Origin: Candidatus Micrarchaeota archaeon
GTDB taxonomy: Archaea; Iainarchaeota; Iainarchaeia; JAADDC01
NCBI GenBank assembly: GCA_027046625.1
Contig: JALTXX010000016.1
Coordinates: 5,512-69,511, forward strand
Reading direction: 5' to 3'
DNA: 64,000 nt
Under the pieces are notes generated by a model. The model was not told the DNA's origin. It made no database searches and worked only from the letters and a program-made list of their open reading frames with translations. Positions 58,063 to 64,000 of the stretch are shown in pieces (position 1 is the stretch's first letter; the number at the start of each line of letters is the position of its first letter). Both the position numbers and the translations under genes were made by a program.

Positions 58063-58308
58063 TTGAATACAGTGAAAAAGGTCCCAATCATTGGAGGATT
58101 GGGTAGCACAGCTTTTGGGACGATAACAGCCTTATCTCCATCGTTTTGCTGCAATCCCATAGTTTTATCTCTGTTAGGAGCTAATGCAATCACGCTAGCC
58201 TCTATTCTAAAACCTTTGGTGCCATTTTGGCCAACATTTGTTTTGTTAGGTGTTCTTTTGGTGGGATATGGGATCTGGAAGGGAAGAGAGAAGAAGTGTA
58301 AGTGCTAA
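58063..58308 (+). CDS. small hypothetical membrane protein with CC motif in first helix
   Basis: 81 aa, two hydrophobic helices; ALSPSFCCNP resembles MerT-like CC motif; speculative. Confidence 0.3.
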   Translation: MNTVKKVPIIGGLGSTAFGTITALSPSFCCNPIVLSLLGANAITLASILKPLVPFWPTFVLLGVLLVGYGIWKGREKKCKC

Positions 58309-58343
58309 TACCTTTTAGAACCTTATGGGGAACAACTCTCAAC

Positions 58344-58601
58344 ATGAGAGGTGTGGTGGTATCCTACAGGAGGGGCAGACACACAACGAGAACCAACCAA
58401 GTAATCATTGAGATACCCGGTGTGAAGAATAGAAAGGAAGCCTCCAAATTTATAGGAAAGAAGGTAGAGTGGGTAACACCTGGTGGCAGAAAACTAAAAG
58501 GAGTGATCACCTCTCCACATGGCAACAGGGGCAGAGTAAGAGCCCGATTCACAAAGGGAGTGCCTGGTCAGATATTGGGTGAAAAGGTAGATATACTATG
58601 A
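58344..58601 (+). CDS. rpl35ae: 50S ribosomal protein L35Ae
   Basis: start trimmed to MRGVVVSYRRGRHTTRTNQVIIEI; L35Ae-like. Confidence 0.8.
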   Translation: MRGVVVSYRRGRHTTRTNQVIIEIPGVKNRKEASKFIGKKVEWVTPGGRKLKGVITSPHGNRGRVRARFTKGVPGQILGEKVDIL

Positions 58602-59575
58602 TAAAAGAGGGAAAGGCAACTATCCTTACAGATAACACTTTCTACAACCCACATGCCAGAGTTCCAAGGGATATATCTGTGTTATTCCTTTCCGTTATGG
58701 AAGTGAGGCACGTATTGGATGCTATGGCAGCCACTGGTATTAGAGGGATTAGATACGCTCTAGAAGCTAGAAAGGAGGTTACCTTCAACGATATAGATCC
58801 CCATGCTGTGAACACCATAAGGAAAAACCTTGAGCTGAACGGTGTTTCAGGAGAGGTATTAAATGAGGATGTTAACCTTCTCCTCTATGAGAAGAAGTTT
58901 CAGGCCATAGATCTGGACCCATTTGGTAGTCCAGCCCCATTTCTACATTCTCTTTCCCGCTCCATAACCCATAAAGGTGTTATCATGGTAACAGCAACAG
59001 ACACCGCTCCCCTATCTGGAAGTTCTCCCCTTTCTTCAAGGAAGAAATACCACACTGTTACCAAAAAGGTTGAGTGGTACAGGGAGCTTGCCATACGGGT
59101 GCTTATAGGATATATACAACACTCTCTATCCCTCTATGAGAAAACATTTGAGCCTATGGTTAGCTTCTTCTACAAACACCATGTAAGGGTAATGGGAACG
59201 GTAAGAAGAACACCCTCCCTTGTGACGAGAAACGCAAAACTAATAAGTCTGTACAACGGTATTGGACCGATTTGGATGGGTCCTATAAAGAATAATACTA
59301 TTGTGGAACGAATGTTGAAGAATGCTACAGAGTATATCGTCCCAGAAAGTATAAAGCTCCTTAAAACGCTGTATCAGGAGATAGATACAATAGGCTATTA
59401 CAACCTTCATACCCTCTCGAGCACCCTCTCCATCTCACCACCTCCCTTGGAGGAGGTACTGGAGCTTCTAAGGAAGAAAGGCTTTGAGGCCTCCCGATCC
59501 CACGCTGAACCCCTTGGCATAAAAACAGATGCACCCATAGAAGAAGTGAAGGAGGTGTTACTACGTCTCTCCTGA
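58598..59575 (+). CDS. trm1: tRNA (guanine(26)-N2)-dimethyltransferase Trm1
   Basis: 325 aa; IDLDPFGSPAPFL motif of Trm1. Confidence 0.78.
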   Translation: MIKEGKATILTDNTFYNPHARVPRDISVLFLSVMEVRHVLDAMAATGIRGIRYALEARKEVTFNDIDPHAVNTIRKNLELNGVSGEVLNEDVNLLLYEKKFQAIDLDPFGSPAPFLHSLSRSITHKGVIMVTATDTAPLSGSSPLSSRKKYHTVTKKVEWYRELAIRVLIGYIQHSLSLYEKTFEPMVSFFYKHHVRVMGTVRRTPSLVTRNAKLISLYNGIGPIWMGPIKNNTIVERMLKNATEYIVPESIKLLKTLYQEIDTIGYYNLHTLSSTLSISPPPLEEVLELLRKKGFEASRSHAEPLGIKTDAPIEEVKEVLLRLS

Positions 59576-59598
59576 AGCATGAGACGAAGAGATACGCA

Positions 59599-60126
59599 TT
59601 GAAACGCTTTCTTATGGTATTCTTCATTGTACTGCTCTACTTTCTTTATGTATCGTTCCACTTTGGGTGGAAATATGGTATTGTTATAACCCTTCTTACT
59701 TGGAGCTTCTTTGTTTTATGCACCCCTATAGCGGATGCCGGCCTACTTCTTGATTTTCCCCTGAGAGTGTTGTTAGGCATAAGAATGATAAAAAGCGAGA
59801 TGGCCGTGTGGGCCTTCGCTATCACACTGAACATCTTCTTTCTAACCTTTAACCCTGAGGTGTACAATACCACGGTTCTCCTTCAACTCTTCTACCACAT
59901 TCTCACAACCCCCTCCTACTGGATTATTATCGTTCTTTCAGCCATAGGGACTTTCCTTTCCATACACTTTGGTGACGAGCTGCTTGACGTTATCTTCCAC
60001 AGGGATAGGATAAAGTACTTCACACACAAGGAGCTCTATGAGCTCATTGTATTCCTAACAATTATTCTTCTTGTGATTGCACTTTACGAGATGGTTCTTG
60101 ATCAGCTTGGTATAAGGATTCTATAA
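59599..60126 (+). CDS. hypothetical polytopic membrane protein
   Basis: 175 aa; 4-5 hydrophobic helices. Confidence 0.4.
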   Translation: MKRFLMVFFIVLLYFLYVSFHFGWKYGIVITLLTWSFFVLCTPIADAGLLLDFPLRVLLGIRMIKSEMAVWAFAITLNIFFLTFNPEVYNTTVLLQLFYHILTTPSYWIIIVLSAIGTFLSIHFGDELLDVIFHRDRIKYFTHKELYELIVFLTIILLVIALYEMVLDQLGIRIL

Positions 60127-60523
60127 CCTTTACCCATTCCCTAATCTTGTTCACATCCCTGCTCCTCTTCGAGAACCTGCTCCTATCAAAGTCTATAAAC
60201 ACGATCTTCCCCCTCCAGATCCCGATGTGTCTCTCTGGATGTCTAAGCTCTCTATGTTCTATTCCAATGCTTGATAGTTGTTTCACAGCCCTTATAATAT
60301 CGGGTACAAGCCTTAGCTTACACTCAGGGGGGAGTTCATGAAGAAGTGTTACTCTTGGCCTAATAAGGAAAAAAGGAATCCATAGATGAGGTACAGAGAG
60401 ACCATGAAGAAAGGCCCTCCATCCTATTAAAAATTCCTTGAATCCCCTCTTCACATTCCAGGAAAACTTTATCACTACTGGGCCAACAAAGGTAACGTTC
60501 CTCGCATTTCTCTTTATGAGCAA
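60062..60523 (-). CDS. small protein-kinase-like protein (Bud32/RIO/Kdo-kinase-like minimal fold)
   Basis: 153 aa, TTG start; catalytic-loop-like HRELRHPERHIGIW and IVFIDFDRS (DFG-like); weak. Confidence 0.33.
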   Translation of the reverse strand: MLIKRNARNVTFVGPVVIKFSWNVKRGFKEFLIGWRAFLHGLSVPHLWIPFFLIRPRVTLLHELPPECKLRLVPDIIRAVKQLSSIGIEHRELRHPERHIGIWRGKIVFIDFDRSRFSKRSRDVNKIREWVKVIESLYQADQEPSRKVQSQEE

Positions 60524-60525
60524 AG

Positions 60526-60600
60526 GGTCGGGGCCGGGATTTGAACCCGGGTCTCGGGATCCACAGTCCCACGTGCTAGCCAGGCTACACCACCCCGACC
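60526..60600 (-). tRNA. tRNA-His(GTG) with genomically encoded G(-1)
   Basis: acceptor GTCGGGG/CCCCGAC plus extra 5-prime G pairing with discriminator C; anticodon loop CTGTGGA. Confidence 0.8.
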
Positions 60601-60628
60601 GCCCATGCTTAGATGGTAGGATAAAGTA

Positions 60629-61561
60629 TTAAACCTCTATCCTCTTCACGGGTACCATCTTACCTACATTAAACCCGTGTATGGTTACCTTTCCGAGCTT
60701 TTTCACCTTTCCCCTTATCTCCTTTATAGCATGCCTTATCTCCTTGTCATCGGTGCCTGTAACCACAAGATGATAAGTGTAAGGTATGCTAGTCCTTTCT
60801 AGCAATTCTAGCACCCTTTTATGGCTTTTTATCTTTTCGTCCATCCGCTTGTGAAACTTCTCGTAACTTTCTCCCAGAGACTTTATCTCATAGATATTAA
60901 GTCTATCTCCCACAAATATGGTATCAAACTCAGAGTTTACCATCTTTCCATCCTCTGTTTGAGGCCTATGGATTAGCACATTTCTGAGCGGATACCCGCC
61001 CCCGTACATGCTATTGTGCATGAGCGCGTATATACTACCTAGTGTTTCGTGGACAGAGTTAGATGCGAGATGGGGGTGCTGGAGGATTACTTCCCTGTGT
61101 TTCTCTATGAGTTTTACATCTTGATCATTAAAAATAAAGAAAGAGAGGGGTATCGGCTTCCTCTTAATAGTATAGACGTTTTTGTTACCCTCCATTTTAT
61201 AGTTTAGGTGCGGTATGTGTACGCAAAAGGTGGGAGCACCCCTCCTCACTATGGAGGCCAGGTAACACATCTTAATCCTTTCCGGTGGTTTCTCTGACAC
61301 TTCGTGTGTCTTTTGGTTAAAATATGACATAAATCTAAGGGGGTGAAGTATGCCCCATCCTGTAGCATCTTCTTTCAACGCTCTTTTGGCTTCATCCTTG
61401 TATAGTTGAACATATACTATGTATGTGTTGTTTTTTCTGTTTGCATGGGCAGCAGCAACATCTAAGTATTGTGTTAACTGTCTAGCATCTTTCTTAACAG
61501 CACGAAAAATATTCTTTGCATAGGCTGACACCTTATACAATCGGAAGGATACACCCACCAT
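60629..61561 (-). CDS. hypothetical protein
   Basis: 310 aa ORF, no motif recognised. Confidence 0.4.
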   Translation of the reverse strand: MVGVSFRLYKVSAYAKNIFRAVKKDARQLTQYLDVAAAHANRKNNTYIVYVQLYKDEAKRALKEDATGWGILHPLRFMSYFNQKTHEVSEKPPERIKMCYLASIVRRGAPTFCVHIPHLNYKMEGNKNVYTIKRKPIPLSFFIFNDQDVKLIEKHREVILQHPHLASNSVHETLGSIYALMHNSMYGGGYPLRNVLIHRPQTEDGKMVNSEFDTIFVGDRLNIYEIKSLGESYEKFHKRMDEKIKSHKRVLELLERTSIPYTYHLVVTGTDDKEIRHAIKEIRGKVKKLGKVTIHGFNVGKMVPVKRIEV

Positions 61562-61595
61562 ATACTAATAAAGGGTTGGTTTCTAAAACCCTCCT

Positions 61596-62252
61596 ATGAG
61601 GGTAGACCTCCACACGCATACGTGGTACTCTCCCGACGGCGTGATGAGTCCACGCACCCTAACCCTTCTTTCTAAGAAGAAAGGAATAGATGTGATAGCT
61701 ATTACAGACCATAACAGACTTACAAGGGTGAAAGATTTGCCTATCCCTGTAATATGGGGAGAGGAGGTATACACAGAGAAAGGAGAAATATTGGCCCTCT
61801 TTATAGAGGAGGAAATACCCCCCTCTCTGTCTCCAGAAGAAACCATAGATAGGATTAGGGAGCAGGGTGGTATATACATCATACCGCATCCATTTGATAG
61901 GTTTAGGAAGAAATCCGCCCTGCTTTTACATGATTTTATACCACCAAAGGATGCAATCATAGAGGTTTTGAATGCGAGGTATGTGGAAACCTCCTTCTAC
62001 GAGGAAGCCCTCTCCTATGCAAGAGGAAAGTTTCCCATTACTGCCTCTTCTGATGCCCACACTCCTATCGAGGTAGGGAGGGCGTGGACAGAGGTGCCAC
62101 CTTTCGATGATCTTGAGGAGCTGAAGAGGCTTTTAATAAAGGGAAAGGGCATACCAAAGGGATCCTTTTCTCCACGATGGGTGCATGTCACCGTACCTTT
62201 CATAAGGTTCCTTCACTCTGTGGGGGTGCTTCCCCTTGAAAGAGATGTTTGA
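61596..62252 (+). CDS. PHP-domain metal-dependent phosphoesterase
   Basis: 218 aa; MRVDLHTHTWYSPDG PHP N-terminal histidine motif. Confidence 0.75.
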   Translation: MRVDLHTHTWYSPDGVMSPRTLTLLSKKKGIDVIAITDHNRLTRVKDLPIPVIWGEEVYTEKGEILALFIEEEIPPSLSPEETIDRIREQGGIYIIPHPFDRFRKKSALLLHDFIPPKDAIIEVLNARYVETSFYEEALSYARGKFPITASSDAHTPIEVGRAWTEVPPFDDLEELKRLLIKGKGIPKGSFSPRWVHVTVPFIRFLHSVGVLPLERDV

Positions 62253-63048
62253 AGAAAAGATAAGGATGTTTATGCGAAGCCAGCACATGTACAAACCAGG
62301 AGATAAAATACTAGCAGGAATCTCCGGAGGGAAGGATAGTCTAATGCTGGGATTAGTGATGAAGTACATAGTTGAAAGGGATGATGTAGAAGCGGAGTTT
62401 CTGCACATAAACTTTGGCCAGCCAGGCTCTGAGCTGGTGGAAGCGTATGTAAAGAGATTCTCAAAGGATTTGGGTATTAAACTACATGTATATAGGTTTA
62501 AGGAGGATTGGGGCGTTGGGTTCCCTGAGATAGCAACCGTATTGAGGAAAAATGCATGCTCCCTTTGTTCTCAGATGCTTAGGTACTATCTACTCTACTT
62601 TGGAAGGGATTACGATGTTGTTGCTACTGCACACAACCTTGACGACATCGTTTCCTTTCTTTTGTACAACGCAGCCACAGGAAATACATCCTATTCTTCT
62701 TCCCTGAAACCTGTGTTGGATACCATAATTGGTGTAAAAAAGGTGAAGCCTTTCTACTACGTTCCAGAGGAGCGGTTAGCAGATGAAGCAAAGAAAAGGG
62801 GTATCACTCCTGTTCCCACGGGCTGTCCCTCAGAGGATGAAGCCCCTACAGTAAGGATAAGAAGATTTCTAAAGGAAATGGAAAGAGAGGTTCCGGGGTT
62901 CAGAAAGAATCTGCTTAGAACTCTTATAAGAATAGGAACACCAACAGATTCAGCACCTAATAAATGTGAAAGATGTGGCATGCCTTCCTATGGAAGGATA
63001 TGCTCCGTGTGCAGGATGAGGGATCGCATTAAAAAGATTGTTTCTTAA
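62236..63048 (+). CDS. PP-loop ATPase of the TtcA/TtuA/Ncs6 tRNA-thiolation family
   Basis: 270 aa; SGGKDS PP-loop, internal CSLCS and C-terminal C-x2-C ... C-x2-C zinc ribbon. Confidence 0.7.
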   Translation: MKEMFEEKIRMFMRSQHMYKPGDKILAGISGGKDSLMLGLVMKYIVERDDVEAEFLHINFGQPGSELVEAYVKRFSKDLGIKLHVYRFKEDWGVGFPEIATVLRKNACSLCSQMLRYYLLYFGRDYDVVATAHNLDDIVSFLLYNAATGNTSYSSSLKPVLDTIIGVKKVKPFYYVPEERLADEAKKRGITPVPTGCPSEDEAPTVRIRRFLKEMEREVPGFRKNLLRTLIRIGTPTDSAPNKCERCGMPSYGRICSVCRMRDRIKKIVS

Positions 63049-63058
63049 CATTGTTAAC

Positions 63059-63625
63059 ATGAAGCGCGTCGAACTGCCCCCACTTCCATATGACTACAAT
63101 GCGCTAGAGCCTGTTATCTCCGAGGAGATTATGCGTTTGCATCATGACAAGCACCATGCCTCTTATGTGAAGGGTGCCAACGAAGCTATGGAGAAACTAA
63201 AAAACGGCGAAGGAGACCTGCGAGCAGTTTTAAGGGACTTAACCTTCCACATGAACGGACACGTGCTACACACCATTTTCTGGCACAACATGAGACCCCC
63301 AGAAGAGGACAATGAACCAAATGGGGAGCTAATGGATGTGATAGAAAGGAACTTTGGTAGCTTTCAGCGCTTCAAAGAATTATTTACCAGGGCTGCAGTC
63401 GGAGTGGAAGGATCTGGCTGGGCGGTACTTGCAGCCAATAAAGACGATTTGTACGTATACCAAGTGGAAAAGCACAACTTAATGCACATAGCAGGCTTCA
63501 AACCACTATTAGTGATAGATGTGTGGGAGCACGCCTACTACCTAGACTACAGAAATGATAGAAAGAGCTACGTTGAACGCTGGTGGCAAGTGGTCAACTG
63601 GGATGATGTAGAGCGCAGACTCTGA
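63059..63625 (+). CDS. sod: Fe/Mn superoxide dismutase
   Basis: LPPLPYDYNALEP ... HHDKHH ... DVWEHAYYLDY motifs; start taken at MKRV (ORF track 63038). Confidence 0.85.
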   Translation: MKRVELPPLPYDYNALEPVISEEIMRLHHDKHHASYVKGANEAMEKLKNGEGDLRAVLRDLTFHMNGHVLHTIFWHNMRPPEEDNEPNGELMDVIERNFGSFQRFKELFTRAAVGVEGSGWAVLAANKDDLYVYQVEKHNLMHIAGFKPLLVIDVWEHAYYLDYRNDRKSYVERWWQVVNWDDVERRL

Positions 63626-63671
63626 TTGCCTTTCTCTTCTTTTATATTCATATATTTTTACCTAACAAGAG

Positions 63672-63746
63672 CGGACCCGGGGGGATTTGAACCCCCGACC
63701 TTCGGCTTAGGAGGCCGACGCCCTATCCAGGCTGGGCTACGGGTCC
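63672..63746 (-). tRNA. tRNA-Arg(CCT)
   Basis: acceptor GGACCCG/CGGGTCC, T-loop GGTTCAAATCC, anticodon loop CTCCTAA; body about 85 percent identical to tRNA-Arg(GCG) at 3280. Confidence 0.8.
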
Positions 63747-63779
63747 ACTAATCCATTCTATGAGATAGATTTGTTTAAA

Positions 63780-64000
63780 TCACTTCTTAGGGAGGGATCC
63801 GCTTACTATTGCGTAGGCTTCTGCATAGTCTACTTTCAACCCTAGCCTTCTAAGGGCTCTTCTCATAGTATACGCCTTTAATAGGGCTTTAAGTGCCTCC
63901 TTTTCCTTTTTTGTGACATCCAATCCCTCCACCATTTTGCCTATAATCCTTGAAGCCTTTGTGTTGACAGTTTTTATAGCATTGGCAATGTTTTCGGGTG
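63780..64000 (-). CDS. 3-prime end of a gene running off the window (C-terminus ...GKMVEGLDVTKKEKEALKALLKAYTMRRALRRLGLKVDYAEAYAIVSGSLPKK)
   Basis: hand translation of minus strand gives open frame to window end with stop at 63780-63782; function not recognised. Confidence 0.3.
   Translation of the reverse strand, partial: PENIANAIKTVNTKASRIIGKMVEGLDVTKKEKEALKALLKAYTMRRALRRLGLKVDYAEAYAIVSGSLPKK

Noticed and set aside
60360-60632. ORFs 60360-60572 (minus) and 60438-60632 (plus)
   Set aside because: Overlap tRNA-His; spurious.
60629-61561. 310-aa protein next to tRNA-His as tRNA-His guanylyltransferase (Thg1)
   Set aside because: The sequence does not resemble the Thg1 palm-domain motifs, and this tRNA-His already encodes G-1 genomically.

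Overview
This window reads as a hyperthermophilic archaeal chromosome segment, most likely Crenarchaeota/TACK lineage. The assignment rests on gene content and order: Topo VI A/B, Cbf5, RpoN/RpoD inside the ribosomal-protein superoperon, e-type ribosomal proteins, intron-less tRNAs, and TATA boxes about 26 nt upstream of leaderless start codons. GC content is about 45-50 percent and the window is mostly housekeeping genes. Contents by region: (i) positions 1-3113 carry a minus-strand CRISPR adaptation module, cas4-cas1-cas2, preceded by an uncharacterised 408-aa gene. No CRISPR array or effector genes are visible inside the window; the array is presumably left of position 1. (ii) 3145-3515 is a four-tRNA cluster (Glu, Thr, Arg, Gly). 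(iii) 3573-9769 holds proS, a Memo-like gene, rps2, an HD hydrolase and tRNA-Gln. (iv) 9791-28359 is one long minus-strand ribosomal superoperon running from rpl3 to rpoN. It includes secY, adk, cbf5, RNase P Rpp29 and SUI1, plus two small genes the ORF track missed (rps14 and rpl14e). (v) 28.4-41.1 kb is a region rich in RNA-processing and modification genes: Nob1-like, RNase Z, a THUMP methyltransferase, LonB, TruD, a CPA antiporter, Taw3, rps26e, an AglB/STT3-like oligosaccharyltransferase, tRNA-Val, tmk and rpl10e. (vi) 41.2-54.5 kb is accessory-like: secreted proteins, top6B-top6A with two unknown downstream genes, a KH protein, and a large LVIVD-repeat beta-propeller surface protein built from near-identical internal DNA duplications. 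It also holds tRNA-Ser followed by a relic gene fragment, and then the most unusual locus in the window. That locus is two divergent paralogous genes. Each encodes an archaeal class III (type IV pilin-like) signal peptide fused to a canonical C-type lectin domain (QPD/KPD, FICEK/FVCEK) plus a Cys-containing C-terminal beta domain. The two copies share an almost identical promoter and 5-prime end and bracket a HEPN-MNT toxin-antitoxin pair. (vii) 54.5-64 kb carries a KaiC-like ATPase, scpA-scpB, hsp20, rnhB, bcp, rpl35ae, trm1, tRNA-His, a PHP hydrolase, a TtcA/TtuA-like PP-loop ATPase, sod and tRNA-Arg(CCT). No rRNA, transposase or CRISPR array was seen. All assignments come from reading motifs in the translated ORFs and hand-folding tRNAs; no database search was run.
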